A stretch of 64,000 bases of DNA from assembly GCA_964106915.2 (NCBI GenBank), contig OZ066917.1, one strand, 5' to 3'. The notes below the pieces were generated by a model that was given only the letters and a program-made list of their open reading frames with translations, searched no databases and had not been told where the DNA came from. The DNA comes from Podarcis gaigeae. Its lineage: Eukaryota. Of the stretch, positions 1-61,300 are shown piece by piece; the first letter of the stretch is position 1; each line of letters begins with the position of its first letter. A program made the position numbers and the translations under genes.

Positions 1-1154
1 ATTTCAGGGCCTAAACTTACCAGGATTGCCCTAAATTTTCCTAGGCAACATTGTTTGCATGCCAACCAACTTCAATTGTTACTTTGATTCAAAGAGTGTG
101 TCCTTGTGCAGCTTTCCTAAGAAAAGTGTTTGCCCTATCCTTCAGGGCAATCCGATTTCTTATTTCATCCCTGGAAATCAGATGAGTCACAAAGATAGCA
201 TCAAAAGCTTTTGTTTACTCAGCATGGCCTAGAGGTTGTTAGAATCATTTAAGAAATTAAAGGGAAGAATCTTTCACTACATTGCTGTAGCCACTGCTTT
301 GCTCCATGATAGGATTAATCACCTCTTACCCCAAAGCACAGCTGTATCAGTGACAGTCTACTGGCAGGAATTCTTTGAAATAAGAAAGGTCACTGCTGAT
401 TTTTAACCACGAGAAAACTTTCTTCACTTCAGTAAGCATTATTATAGAGTCACACATCATCGCCAGTCCAGATATTGCTACAAGTAGAGACATCTATATT
501 GAGAGTAAAGAAAATGAAGGAAACCAAGCAGAAACTTCCACTGGGTAAACTAATGTTGTCAAAAATCCCAATACTCAGATTAAACGGCAAAGGATGGAAG
601 CATTTTAGGTCATGTTCACTCTCCCTGCTTATGAAGGGTATATGCTAAAATATGCCACTAGTTTCTTTTTAATTTGTTTAGCCTGATCGAATGCACACCC
701 ACTTATTCACCAGATTCATTTACAGGCCTCTTTTCACCCTCCCCCCCTTGCTTTCAGAGTCAACACCCATGTATTTTACAGGATCTTACAAAAATATATT
801 TTTCAAGATCTCCTCTCCCTTATTTCAGATCTTGCATTTTCATTATAGCACTATATAAACAAGGATTATATATAGTTTTGGTGTGGTGACATTTTAAGGG
901 GGGGGACAATGATTTTTTTTACTATCTCCTGATCTGGAGTTTGAAATCTGCACCATTTCTGGCCCACTGCCTAAACTTCCATGACCCCACTGATCATCAA
1001 AGCAGTGAGAAGAACAGTAGACAATAAAATTATCAAAGTATCAATGAAATAAACAGTTTTCATATATTAAAAAAGTATGTATTACATTGGAATTTATCTA
1101 AACAAAAAAGTTTTTCGCAGACTTTAATTTTGTTTTGTTGTTGTTCTTTGACAG

Positions 1155-48765
<47,611 letters not shown>

Positions 48766-49139
48766 CACCATTTTATATATATATAAAACTAGAGGGTTAT
48801 GTTCAACAAAGCCACTCCATTACTACAAGGATTTCCACTTGTTCAGAAGAACTTCCACTGCACCTTCTCCCCCTGTGTTTCCACCCCCCACAATAAGTAT
48901 GTCCTGGGGAAACTTAACAGGACAACAGTGTCCCGTTAGGACTACAAGATCAGCAGAGAAGGGCACTACATTCAGAAGTGCAGAGAACGGTACCCCAGGA
49001 GATAGCGTTCTCCATGGCAGCCCCTAAATGGCAGAACTCTCTCCCAAGAGAGAAGTATCTTGCATCTTCATTGATCACTGTATGCTATAAATGCACCTCT
49101 TTACCCTGAAACATCAACTGTGACATGTATACCATAGCA

Positions 49140-49212
49140 TCATAGAATTGTAGAGTTGGAAGGTACCCCAAGAGACATCTAAGCTAACCCCCTGCAATGA
49201 AGGAATCATAGT
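49140..49212 (-). mobile_element. CR1-type 3' end fragment in the TMPRSS15 3' UTR region
   Basis: catagaattgtagagttggaagg...aaccccctgcaat; same family at about 18045-18095 and 47190-47252. Confidence 0.65.
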
Positions 49213-49294
49213 CTTTAAAATGTATTTTTGTAGTACTGAATATTGTTCATGCCTGCTCTCTCTGCTTAACTTTCGTTGTGCTTTTGTCATCACA

Positions 49295-49300
49295 AATAAA
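49295..49300 (+). terminator. Candidate TMPRSS15 polyadenylation signal
   Basis: First AATAAA downstream of the stop codon; T/GT-rich sequence follows at about 49330-49350. Confidence 0.5.
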
Positions 49301-49858
49301 GTACTGAAGACGCTGCAAGTAAGCCTTCCTTCTGTTGATTTTGGTTACTGGAAATCTCAGTCCTGAAGTATTATTTAAGATGCTGAGGTAGAAGCAGAGA
49401 TTTCTGCTGTCAAAAAAATGTTCCTGGAACAGGCAACTTTGGCAGAGCCATCCATTTCTGAAGGTCAAAACGCAACACAGCTTCACTTCCTTACTGCAAG
49501 GATATACCTACACAACTTCCATTGCTGTTGGATCATTAGAATGAGTGTAGTTCTGCTTTTCTGATACTGCACTGTAAGAAGCTGTTCATATAAGCTTCTT
49601 CTTAATTGCCACATATATCCCTCCCTCAACTGCCACTGCCTTTGAATAGCAGTTGTGCCCAGGGTCTTGAAAGGATCAGTGACCTAGAAACTATGATGCA
49701 CTGGGACAATGTCTTCTCTCTCCCAGTGCAGGAAAGAGTAAAAACACCAAAACAAGGAGACAAAATGTCCCCCCTGTGCCAGTGGCTGGCTTCTTTATAC
49801 TAGACCCTGGACATTTCTGCCTTTCCTGACATAGCAGAACACAGGTGGGGACAGTTTG

Positions 49859-49864
49859 TTTATT
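49859..49864 (-). terminator. Candidate CHODL polyadenylation signal
   Basis: First canonical AATAAA on the minus strand downstream of the CHODL stop; variant hexamers at about 50205-50260 are alternatives. Confidence 0.35.
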
Positions 49865-50675
49865 TAGGTCATCAACAATTGTTCTTAAAATCTAGTTACT
49901 TGGCACAGCAATAACTAGCGATCTTTGCCTTCCCATCCACCCCCCCTTTTTTTTTTGTTTCCAAGGATTGAATGAATAACTTGCCATGGGCAGAATGACT
50001 CAAGTTGCCCCTGGACAAGCATAATATCAAAATACCCTTTCTGCTACCAAAGTGTACTCATTACAGTTCATCAGTTTGTTTCCCCATGGTTTTGAAGTTT
50101 ATCCTTGCAGAATAGCACAGTGTTGCCAATTGTCTTTAGTAGTATAAGTCAAAGAACAACAGTAAAATCACCTCCTTTTTCAAATAAATAATCCTACAGT
50201 CAATATTTTTATCAAATTTTTATGCAAAGATAAATTATTTTGTTACACTGTAAATTTATATTAACTGAATTTACAGTACACCCATTAATAAGAGACAATA
50301 CAATGTATGAGAAACTAACAAGGAGGGAGTTAAAATTTAAACTAGAAATGACTGTTTAGAAGTGACATATACAGTAGACATTTTTCCATATATATTCCAA
50401 ATGCTCTTTCCATCTCATTACTATCTGTAGCAGAGTCATTTTCCATAGCAAAATAAATGCATTTTTTTTTCTTTTGGAGTGCCATGTTTTGCTACTGAAT
50501 TCAAAATCAAACATTGCATATAAAAATGATCTGAACAATTGCCTCAAGGGGGAGCTTCCAGTTCATTTTGCTGATCCATTGCAATTCCAAGCCATTCCAA
50601 GCTAAAATCTGACATGACATTATAATAGATCCTGAATGGAAAAGTGTTAATCCTGCTTTCTTTTCAGTCATATTT

Positions 50676-50760
50676 CTATACCTCCATGCTGCTGTCTTTC
50701 CGTGCATTCTTAGAAATCCATAGCGTAGACTGGTCCGGACTGGTTTTTGTTCTTCCTTTA
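50676..50760 (-). CDS. CHODL: CHODL exon 6 (cytoplasmic tail, stop)
   Basis: ttttccag|TAAAGGA...GTATAG; 85 bp; SKGRTKTSPDQSTLWISKNARKDSSMEV*. Confidence 0.96.
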
Positions 50761-53700
50761 CTGGAAAATTAGAAACAGAATTGTATATACATGCATTTAT
50801 TATGCATCTATTCCTTTCATATGTTCATGTAAGTATGCAATGAAAGATGGGTGACGGTGCACAATAAACAAAAATAAAGGCTTTCCAAATGGTCTCTGCT
50901 ACTAATGTTGCTTGGTTGGCCTCCTGTAAAAAGATTATGCACTTAGCAGCTGGAAAGTGACCTCACACTTGACAGGATTTTTTTTTTGGTAAGGAAGTAT
51001 ACAAGATGAGCCTATCAATGCTGTGCTTTCTCACAGATCTATCACCTATATGATCCTCAAAATCTATGCCCACCCTCAGGCAAACCTTAAAGTCTAAAGC
51101 TTAGACCCAGTAAGCTTCATGTGGTACTTTACATATTTATCTTACAGTATATTTATTCATTACCTATCTATAGCTTCTTTGTATTGAGTCAAAAATTCCT
51201 AATGGTAGTTAATAGCCATAGCTGTTGAATCAGCCCAGTGGCTTTCCTTCTTCAATCCACCATTAGCAGTGTTATACTTTGAAACCAGTTTTGCAGTATG
51301 CATTTATTTCTCAGCTAACCTAAAGGCACTACATCCATAATGCGGAAGCTTCTTTTTTATGGCTCCATTCAAAGGCACTGCAGCTAAAAGCCTAGCAATA
51401 CATTTGAGTCCTTCCCATACAACTATTAGTCATCTGAGATGCATGGGTTGGAACAATCTGATAATAAAAGCACAATTGATCCCAACCACATTGTGCCAAA
51501 CCTTTAGAATTTGCCACAGTGCCATGGAATGAAGCAAGGAAAAGTTACTCCCAATCCAGTATTGCTGCTTTTAAAGGACACTTTGAGTGGGGTGTCATCT
51601 GAACAAAGGTAGCAAAAATATGTTCTGAACCAAGTGCATAGATTGAACTATATCCATAGATATAGATCAACATAATTTCAAGGCCACCAAACTAAATGAA
51701 GCCAACCGAGCCCTGGTGAGGAGATTCTGTCCCTGTGCAAAGTTTCTTGGAAGAGCGTTCTGTAGATCACAGGAGTTGCCAGGAACCCTAGCTCTACCTT
51801 AAAAATACAATCATAGAAACTGAGAAATATACCAAGTTAGAATCTAAACTTTCTGCAAGGCATTCAGATGATAATGGAGATGAGTCATTGAAGCAGTTTC
51901 TCCTTGCTTCCCTAGAAGAAAGGAAAGGGAAAGCCACTAAGCATGAATGAGTTGCTGGTTTGCCATAAAGCACAGGAGAAATGCTCGGTGTGGATGCTTC
52001 TCGTGCCTTACTTTGGTTTTAGCACTACCAGTGGGACCATCATAACTTTTTCTTCCTTTGAGAGCAAGAGCAATAGAGCATCCTGTTGGAGCAGAACTTG
52101 GTGTGTTCTTGACATAAGTTTGCTGCTGAAATGGCATTGTGCGTCAACTCCTACCTCTCCTTGCAACTTTCAGTCAGATATGCCTGTGTTGTTTTCCCAG
52201 CCCACTTCAGCTCCACATAATTGACTGCAGCCGATTGGTTAAGGAAATGGGGATGATGTAAGACTAACTAAACTTTATGGGGATGAGGACAAAGCTCAGC
52301 ATGGGATCAAATCCTTCTGTTCCTGCCATTGCTCTTTCTTCTGAATAGGTAGCAGAAGCAGCAGTGGCTACGCCCTCGCTTGCAGTGCAGAGAGAACAGT
52401 GCCCACAATATTCCAAGACTACGTACTGTGGTTGTGTGCACATCATATATTTAAAGCACATTACTTTCCCCCATAGAACCCTGGGGACTTTGGTTTGCTG
52501 AGGGTACTGGAATTGTAGCTCTGTGGTGGGTTAAACTACAGTTTCCCAGGATTCTTCAGGTGGTGTCATGTACTTTAAATGTTTGGTGCGTACACAGCCT
52601 GTGTCAAAGAAAGTGTTTCAGCTGATTCAGCCCTAAAAAACAGCCTGTTCTTGTGATTCTTTTGATAACAGAAACTAACCAAATATTCAAAGCTGGGAAA
52701 CTCACTGAGTATGATTGACCTTGATTTCTTCTTAAACAGACTTTTGAAAGGAAAAGCTAGGCAGGTATCAGAGCAGGGTAGAAAAAGTAGTAAGTTCAGT
52801 TTTGCATTGTAATCAAGTACACAACAAGGACCTTTTCTTCTATCTAAGGGCTGTTTGCTTAGGCATTGGGTTTAAATGTGAGTTTTCTAGATTTTATACT
52901 ATACAACAGGTGTGTGGAAGCAGCAGCCATCCAGATGTTGTTAGACTCTTATCAGCCCCCGGCAGCATGGCCAAAGAGCAACAAAAATGCAAAATGTAGT
53001 CCAATAACATTTGGAAGGCCAAGGTTCCCCATGACTAATCTACAAAAGCAACGAGTTCTTTACACTAGCATGAGAGCAGCATTAACTTACTTAGAACAAA
53101 AGGTTTTGCAAACTCAATATGCCTGCTATTAATGTTGAACATTGAACATGGTGATGTGGCTACATTATTAAATGTGGACTTCCTGCCATTTTAGTCAAGG
53201 CATAACACTGGGATAATATTCATTTTCAAGTGCAAATGAGAATGGCCTTGCTTTGTGTGTGGAATGGCCTTGAATATGAGTCAGTTGGAAGGATTAATTT
53301 TATAATACATGAACTTAAGTTCCAAGACACTCTTTCTGTCCAGTCATAATAGTTACCTTTTATGCAGCATCTGGAAACAGCAAGTCCCGAAAGCCACTAA
53401 TATCAACAACAGCAGTGGTATAGTAGGTATAACAACATAAATTAAATTGGGAATTAAACCTACAAGAAAAAGGGTTTCATTATTGTATTTTGCTTGAAAT
53501 CATAGGCTCTGCTTGCACAAATTCTCTTGTACTGCACCAGTCAATCACAACAATCAGAGATCTCTTAAGCCAATGGCTCACACATATGAACGAGCGTGAT
53601 CTAGTCCATGAAATCTTACAACCCAAGAGGTATCCAATCTTAAGGACTCTACTCTTCCAATTTTCAAACTGTAGACTGCAGAACACTACCCTGAGACTCT

Positions 53701-56700
53701 TTCAAGGCCTCATTGAAAAAACTGGTCATGGCAAAGACATGAAAGACAACTTGCCCGCCTCTAAAGACTTTTCCACATAAAGCACAACTGTAAAAGTTTT
53801 GAGAGTGTCCCAGGGTTTATCTTCAGTCCTGGCCAGGGCTTTTGGTTCTCACCATTTCCTTTCTGTGTTGAGCAGTGGCAGGGAGTGCTGAACCCAGTCC
53901 CATGTATGATTGGTAACTGGATGGTCAACCCAGCACGGGGACAGGTTGCTTCAATAGTACCCCCCCCTCCAGCACTACCTAACAATGTAGGGGAAAATGC
54001 ATGCCCCCTATTTCAGCATCACAGCTGTAGGCTGTACTCAGCAAACAACCTCACCAGCCACCATTTATAAAAGCCAAACAAACAAAACAAGAACCTGATT
54101 GGGAAGGTGCAGAACTTTAGTAAAAAGCTGACTTTCCAAAACTTGTTCATTAACCAAATGTTTTGTTAGATCATTTTTTAATTAGTTATTCTGTGGTCCA
54201 TTAAGCTTAATGGACTAGATTAAGACTTGAACATGCAGAACCCCCTGCAATTCATTCACTGTGTGTGGCTCTGGAGTAAGAATGAGAGGAAACTGTGGGA
54301 GAAAATACTTGGCATATTGACTCTGGCTGTTTGTGATGTGATGTCTATCCTTGACAAAAAGCATTTCCCCTTAAAAACCCAAGTAGAGCTATTTGCCCTG
54401 CAGCAACGACATCTTGAATTCTTCTTCTTTTTAAAATCCCAGAGCTCAGGTTCATTTTAGTTTCTGGGAGTACAGCCAGTTTATTCATATGATGAATAAG
54501 TGGGGTTTGCATGTCTGCAGTCTATGCTTTATATTTAAATATTACTCAGATATCAGAATCATATGCATCAATTACCAGTTTCAGTAACAACCACCGGAAA
54601 ATGATCTTCTGGCTTGCTTGAATCGTGAGGCTTCCCTGCTGGCACCGTTGGCTGGGCTTCTGTGAAAGTAATTACATATTTTAAGAAAACAAAATCGAAT
54701 TCCTGTGCTGGGACATCTGCACATATTACTGCACTTTGCAAAAGCTCCAAAGGCAACAGGATTAATCAGTTTTGAACATGAATACGTGTAGGTGATAAAC
54801 TCGTCTAAGGACTTTACTGTAACATAGGGATAACATCTGGAATAAGAGTTACAAACTGAAATATTCCAAAATGTATCCATTCACTTATAAAAACATACAT
54901 GGTAACTATTATTCTCTACAGGATTCATTGTTCAGCTGTTCCATGGCTACTCTGCTTTTCCAATCTATGGATTGTTTTGCTTTTGGAAATGATGGATGAG
55001 ATTCTATTGCTTTACCATTGCAACTCAATCCAAACGTTTCTTACCATAATCTGGATCTGCTCTGTCTCCTAATTCTTTTTCTAGGATGTCATCTGTTAAA
55101 ATAATATATAAACAAGGCAGGGAGGAATAGGTTGTTTACATTTTTCAGGCAATCCTAAATTTAAATAAGCAGCTTTTCAGATACTTAAAACCATATGTTG
55201 ACAATTGTGTTCAGTGGGATAGATTTTTGTACTTAAGGACACAATACGTCCTGTAGCATCTTAAGAAGTACTTAATTCTATACCTACTTCCCTTGGAATA
55301 AATCCCATTGAACTCAATGGAATTTATTTATAAGGAGATATGTATACTACTGTATGGATAGTTAATGCAAGATCCTATGCTTGAGGCAGAAAATAAAATA
55401 GTGTGTAATGATTAGTTTAACTTCTGCTAAAGTCTAGGCCTTCTGTTAAAATTTGAAGCAGAGTGATGTTGCCTCTTAGTAACAGAATAACATAGTACCC
55501 CCCTTGTTTACATTTTATCTTGCTTCTATACACTAATCCAACTAAACTGTGAATTTCACCTGTCTTAATGAGATACATGGCCTGCACTAGGGTAAAGTCA
55601 CCAGGACTTCAAGGGTTTGAAAAGTCAACCAGAAATCACACATAACATCTGAAGCTCATCTTCAGCATTTCCTACCTGGACCATATTTGCAGATAAAATT
55701 GTGCTTCATGTTGCATCTGTCATCATTCCATTGGTAAAGGTAAGGCCCTCCCAAGCCAGGATTTGCAGTCGGTTGATGATACATCACAACACAAGCTTCG
55801 CTCCCACAGGAAGGCTCATCTGTATACCAATTTCTATAACAATACACAAATTAGAGTAAAAATTAGTTAGAAAACTATTATTGCTTGTGAGTCCGCTTTT
55901 GCTTTGCTAGATCTAAAAAAGGGACCAGGAATAGCTCAGTGGTAAAGCACATTCTCTGCAGGCAAAACATCCAAGGTTCAATTCCCAGCAAGGACTGAGA
56001 AATACTTCATTCTGAAGCTTTGGAAAACCACTGTATGCCTATGAAGACCAGAGGTAGCCAACATGGTGCCTTCAAATGTTGTTGTACTACAATTCCCATC
56101 ATCTTCAGCCTACATAGCCAAGGGCTAAGGAAGCCGGGAGCTGCAGCTTAACATCATCTGAAGGACAGCATGTTGACGGCCCTGGATATAAATAATACTA
56201 TGCTAGATTCAGTGATGGAGCAGAGAAATGGGAAAAGTGAGACAAAAACAGAGATTAGCATTTATCTACCCACTTAGTCATATTTCCATACATGCTGCAA
56301 GCATTTGGTGGGTATTTCACTAGTAAACCTTTCTTTATAAATTACTAATACATAATTCATTATTCTTATTTCACAGGATCCATTTTCTCTTCAGGGATTA
56401 TGGGGCCCCAGGGCAATATCAAGTCTGCCTAGCAGCCCCAAATCCCCTTTTGGTCTCTGTTTGCAGCAGCAGCAACAGCCAATGACACAAAATATTTACC
56501 TGAAGAGTGAATTGCTTCCATCTGTCCACTTGTAAAGATCAGGGCAGGCACTTGATGTGGTTTGTCCCTCACCACTTCTCCATAGCCCGATCCAAAAGTC
56601 CCCGTCAGAAATGCCGAGGCCTGATTTTGTGAGGTTCTGCAGCATGTTTTCTATTAACTTTTGCTCTGTTTCACTTTCAAGGCTGAGGAGTACTCCGCCA

Positions 56701-56812
56701 TCTATTTCACAGGCCAGGCGAGCCTCCTGGAATCCCAGACGTCTGGACAAGTCTTGGAAATAGGCTATCTTGTAGCAAGGGTGTGTTGAATCACCATAAC
56801 ATATTTTTTGCC
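50676..56812 (-). CDS. CHODL: Chondrolectin, spliced CDS span, 5'-incomplete (exons 2-6)
   Basis: C-type lectin domain (CYKIAYFQDLSRR...FWIGLWR...NWYTDEPSCGSEACV...QWNDDRCNMKHNFIC), TM segment (LIYVVIPTIPLLLLILVAFGTCCF) and short tail ending SSMEV*; adjacent to TMPRSS15. Confidence 0.97.
52430..52599. mobile_element. PIF/Harbinger-like MITE
   Basis: TIRs ggttgtgtgcacatcatatatttaaagcacat / atgtactttaaatgtttggtgcgtacacagcc; 3-bp TSD tgt. Confidence 0.72.
53357..53459 (-). CDS. CHODL: CHODL exon 5 (transmembrane)
   Basis: cttgtag|GTTTAATT...CATAAAAG|gtaact; 103 bp; GLIPNLIYVVIPTIPLLLLILVAFGTCCFQMLHK. Confidence 0.96.
54576..54659 (-). CDS. CHODL: CHODL exon 4 (stalk)
   Basis: ttcacag|AAGCCC...GAAACTG|gtaatt; 84 bp; EAQPTVPAGKPHDSSKPEDHFPVVVTET. 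Confidence 0.92.
55676..55833 (-). CDS. CHODL: CHODL exon 3 (CTLD C-part)
   Basis: gttatag|AAATTGG...GGTCCAG|gtagga; 158 bp; NWYTDEPSCGSEACVVMYHQPTANPGLGGPYLYQWNDDRCNMKHNFICKYGP. Confidence 0.97.
55921..56210 (+). mobile_element. Squam3-like SINE interrupted by a hAT-type MITE (about 56049-56184)
   Basis: atagctcagtggtaaagca (A box), ggttcaattccc (B box); MITE with inverted ends inserted in the 3' part. Confidence 0.65.
56500..56812 (-). CDS. CHODL: CHODL exon 2 (CTLD N-part)
   Basis: minus strand ttttttag|GGCAAAAA...TTCAG|gtaaat; 313 bp; GQKICYGDSTHPCYKIAYFQ...WTDGSNSLFR. Confidence 0.96.
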
Positions 56813-58136
56813 CTAAAAAAACAACCACACACCAATATAGAGACATGCAGTTATAGGTTAATGGAGACTTATTTCATAGTAAAACAGCATATAAATGACA
56901 TCAGGGTACATTCCCCTACTCTCGCACCATCTTTTATTTAACTTTTCCCAGAATTCCATGCTAATGATTGAAAAATTAATAAACAACTCAAAAATGTTAT
57001 GTGCCTTAAAAATGTAAGAATCTGATAAGATAACTTTTGAGACGCAATGGGTACAATATCTGTGAAGGTTACAACCCACAAGAGCAGACTAAAGGGGGGG
57101 GGGAATCAATGAATCATGTATACATTTTCATTATTATTTTTTGTGGGAGCCATGAACATTTTTTTGTGGAAAATGAAAGAACTGGAATGACATGAAAATA
57201 ACATCTTTCCTCCATTGATCCTCTCTACCCTAACTGCTCTGCTCCTATCCAACTACAGAGATTGATGAGCAAAAGCTGTCCCCTGAGCAAATGTCACATG
57301 ATAGGTCCTGAGACAAGTGTAATTTGAACACTCATCAAAATGCTGATACTGGTCCTGTTAAAATGGAACTGGAAAGGACCTCATCAGAAGCTTAAATGGA
57401 GTGAGTTTCAATGGAAGCATCCTTTCAGCTTTTAAACAAACTACAGTCCTCCATTATGAATTCAGAGAGCTGTGATTTGCACAAACTATGGTTTAACTAG
57501 AACAAACCAGTTTGCCCAGTATTCATGTTTTAAATACTTTTCTAATACACCCTTCAGGATCTAAAGCATGGTTTGTTCTTGCAAAACCTTTTAAGTTACA
57601 AAAATAAATAAATGGGGAGAGGGTTCAAGGGTATGGGGACACCATTGAGAATGCCCTGTGTAAGGTGCCTGCCCAAGGTCTGATCTGAAGAATCATGAGG
57701 CCACCACATTGCTGAAGCTAAGCAGTTCTGGCTCTGGTCAGTGAATAGATGAAAGACTGTCTTTGGGAAGCACATGAATGCTGTCTTGGATTACATAATG
57801 GAAGGAAAGTAGGCTACAAATGTAAGAATATGAACATATAAGTATTTGGTTTATTGATTGGCTAGAAAGCAGGACCTCAGATGTTGAACTGAGCATCTGG
57901 TGAGGCTCATATGGATGAAGGTGGTCTTTCAGGTATCCTTGGCCCAAACTGTTTAGGGCTTTAAAGGCTAAAACCAGCACGAGTAACCAGAAACTATGAT
58001 TTGTTCAAAAGCAGAAATGAATGTTTCTAATCCTCTCCTTGTGACTGTGAAAAATTATGAGAGGGCGAAGCGCATGAACCCAATGCTCACACAAGTTCAT
58101 AGCAGACATAGCATGAAACTATGGTTTCCAAACGCC

Positions 58137-58274
58137 CAGTGCTATTTTTCTAGAAAAAGAAGTGCCAGAACTCACCATGAACATCTCTCTTGTTCTCTTA
58201 TAATGGCAATGGCACCCACCTGAGAGGTGCTGGAACTGAACTCTGGCGAGTTCCAGATAGAAAAAAAAGCCCTG
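58137..58274. mobile_element. Short hAT-like MITE
   Basis: cagtgctatttttc / gaaaaaaaagccctg termini. Confidence 0.55.
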
Positions 58275-58288
58275 CTAAGGACTCTGAA

Positions 58289-58584
58289 GGGACACGGGTT
58301 GCGCTGTGGGTTAAACCACAGAGCCTAGGACTTGCCAATCAGAAGGTTGGCAGTTCGAATCCCCACGTCAATGTGCAAGTAGATAAATAGGTACCGCTCC
58401 GGCAGGAAGGTAAACAGCATTTCTGTGCGCTGCTCTGGTTTGCCAGAAGCGGCTTAGTTATGCTGGCCACATGACCCGGAAGCTGTACGCCAGCTCCCTC
58501 GGCCAGTAAAGCGAGATGAGTGCTGCAACCCCAGAGTCGGTCATGACTGGACCTAATGGTCAGGGGTCCCTTTACCTTTACTTT
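58289..58584 (+). mobile_element. Sauria SINE (Squam1) with internal deletion
   Basis: gggacacgggttgcgctgtgggttaaaccac head, gttcgaatccc B box, (ACCTTT)n tail, 13-bp TSD taaggactctgaa (58276-58288, 58585-58597). Confidence 0.92.
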
Positions 58585-60652
58585 TAAGGACTCTGAAGAG
58601 AATATCTATCTACACTACATTGCTCCATAGTTACTTCAAGAATGAACTGCTACTGCAATGTGCTCTATGTGAGGCTGCTTTAGAGAAGCTTTGAGAAACC
58701 TCAGCTAGCAGCAAGAGCACTAAGTGGGCTGGGCCTTGGGTCATGTGACACCTTTGCTGGATACCAGTAGGTTTTTGGACGCCAATCAAAGTGCTTGCTG
58801 GCACTACTGAAGTCTACCAGGCTTGAGGCCAGAATACTTAAAGGTCTTCCTTCTTCCATTTTTGGCTGCTCTATCTCTGAGCACATCTGATAAGGTTATG
58901 CTGTATATCTTCCCTTTGTCTGCAGTACATCCAGTAAGAATGTGGAAGGGGACCTGCTCTGTGATGGCTCCCAGCTTATGTAACTCCTTGCCTAGGAGTT
59001 GCCTTGCCTTGTCATTACCCACCTTACAACATTTTCAGTGCCTTTCTTAAAACTTCTTTGCTAGGCTAATACACATGGTTATGGGCTGGAAGCAAGGCTG
59101 CATTCAAATGTGAGGTTTGCTGTGTTAGTTTTACATTATAAGGCTAGAGTTTCTATCCCAATTTCTAATGTTCCTTTTGCACTGCAGTACCAGCTGCATT
59201 ATGGAACTGTGGCTTTTAGATTGACATACTGTACTGCCATGTCAAGCTGAATTTTGAACAGTGGGGAAGAACTCTTGCTGGGATATTGCCCCATTTTTCA
59301 TCACATGGAACTCAGCTTTCCAAGTTATCAGGCTTGCGAGTTAATGGGGTTGCAAACAGATTAAAAAACAACAACAATTAGTACGGAAATAAGTGCTAAA
59401 CCTCCACCAGATTTCCAAAAGTGGCTTTTATGTCATGTGAAATACCACATAAAAGATTAGAAATTATCGGGTATGGAAATGTCAGGGAAACAATAAAGTG
59501 CTGTCTGAATGCAGCCCAAGTCCTGCTGAACTTAATGGGGTTTACGTCCAAGAATACATGCATAGAATTGCACTATAACTTGATCACTTAACCATTATTT
59601 TTTGTTTTGTTTTGGGTTCAGTTATCTGCCACCTCTAGCTGCATTTTAATTGCCAGGTTTGGATTTTGATTGTCATATAGTTCTAAATTGTTGCATCATT
59701 TTAATCTGACTTTACTGGATTAAGTGGACAGTGTGATAGAAATCTAATTCATGGGTTGCATATTCTGATTCAGAGATATGTGCACACCACTGCTTGTCCC
59801 TCATGCCCAAACACATGATTAGCCCTACCATATATGGCAGAACTGGTCAACTTTTCAGTGCCACATGTGTGGTCCCAATTCTGCAACAGAAAATCGTATG
59901 CAACCCTAGGCTGTGGTCATGAGTTATGGCATCCAGACAAAGGAACCAAATGTACATTTGTTAGTAACCAAATTCACATTTATCTAACACACACATATAT
60001 ATATATGATGTTTAATATGATAAATATATCTATAATAAATATTATATCTATATTAATATAATAAACACCCTGTTTAACAATATAGTATAAAGTTAAGACA
60101 CAGAAACAAGGTGATCCGAATAGTTTAAGGAAAACAAGAAACAAATTGCAAACTCAGATGTGGACTCAGCCTACTGAATCACAGCATCATCCTTGTTTTA
60201 TTTATTTTTGTATTTTCCCATGAAAATATAATTTAGACCAGAAAGCTTTATACCTACCACATCGTCTGTGAAATAGCCAACAAATACCATATCAAAAGCA
60301 TGCAATATTGAATGAAGGTAGGCATGCATTTATTCTTTGCTGGCTTTCATGAATGAACTGAATAAAAATACTTTCCAACTCCACAAAGAGAAAGTATATC
60401 TGGTACCAGATAAGGCCAACAGGAATGGGATAAGAGGAGAGGTCCTCTTATGGATCAGAAACAACCAGTAGTTAAATAACAGGAATAAGAATAGACTGCA
60501 TCAAGGAGAGATGTGAACAGTGGGGTCCCCCAGGATCTTTATAGGACCAGTGCTTTTTAAACATTCATAAATTATCAGTAGTTCTGGGGGAACAAAATGA
60601 TATCCATATTTGTTCATGATCCCCAAATTGTTCAATGTTCTTAAAAGAAGTA

Positions 60653-61300
60653 CAGTGGTACCTCGGTTTAAGAACAGCCCTGTTTATGAACTATTCAGTT
60701 TACAAACTCCAGAAAACCAGAAGTAGTATCCCGGGTTGCGAACTTTACCTCTGTCTAAGAACGGAATCCAAACAGTGGAAGGGCAGCGGCAGTGGGAGGC
60801 CTCATTAGGGAAAGCATGCCTTGGTTTCAGAACAGTTTTGGTTTCAGAACGTGATGGGAAGTTTTGCTTCTGCACATGACTCTGGCAAACCATTCTAAGC
60901 TGAAGCATTCCTTCCTCACCCTAGAATGTTTAGTTCACATTGAGTTCATGAAACATTGTATGTACCCTGACCTGTTCTTAATGCATGGTTGACCACATCT
61001 ATGGATGAATGTCTATATCAATCACTAGTAACAGTTTAATAAGGAGGTTTTCATGCCTGTCCAATTCTGTGTTCCCTTTCCCAACCTTTAATCTATATGC
61101 AACCTTTGCATTGTATTTGTGTTAACCAATCAGCAACAAGCACATATGTGGCAATGCTGTAATATTCAATAAAAGGGACTCCCCGAGACATGCTCGAGAG
61201 ATGCTTCCCATATGACACTTGTCATTCGTCTGTCGTTCATTTCAACCCAACAAGAACGGACTTCCAGAATGGATTAAGTTCGTAAACTGAGGTACCACTA
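60653..61300. mobile_element. Tigger/mariner-like MITE split by an LTR
   Basis: TA-cagtggtacctcgg / tgaggtaccacta termini; homologous to the 61673 copy. Confidence 0.8.
60851..61252 (+). mobile_element. Solo LTR (about 400 bp)
   Basis: (t)gtgatggg...cccaaca ends, 5-bp TSD agaac, internal CCAAT (about 61125) and AATAAA (about 61168). Confidence 0.7.

Noticed and set aside
674-889. Possible earlier SEA exon of TMPRSS15
   Set aside because: No convincing SEA similarity or phase-compatible splice sites.
50676-56812. Layilin (LAYN) as an alternative identity
   Set aside because: The short cytoplasmic tail ending SSMEV and the TMPRSS15 adjacency fit CHODL.
56813-56846. ORF start MSLYWCVVVFL as the CHODL signal peptide
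   Set aside because: It is read-through of the intron and acceptor upstream of exon 2; the true exon 1 appears to be outside the window.
57714-57785. 5S rRNA gene
   Set aside because: Partial and highly diverged; at most a SINE-derived fragment.
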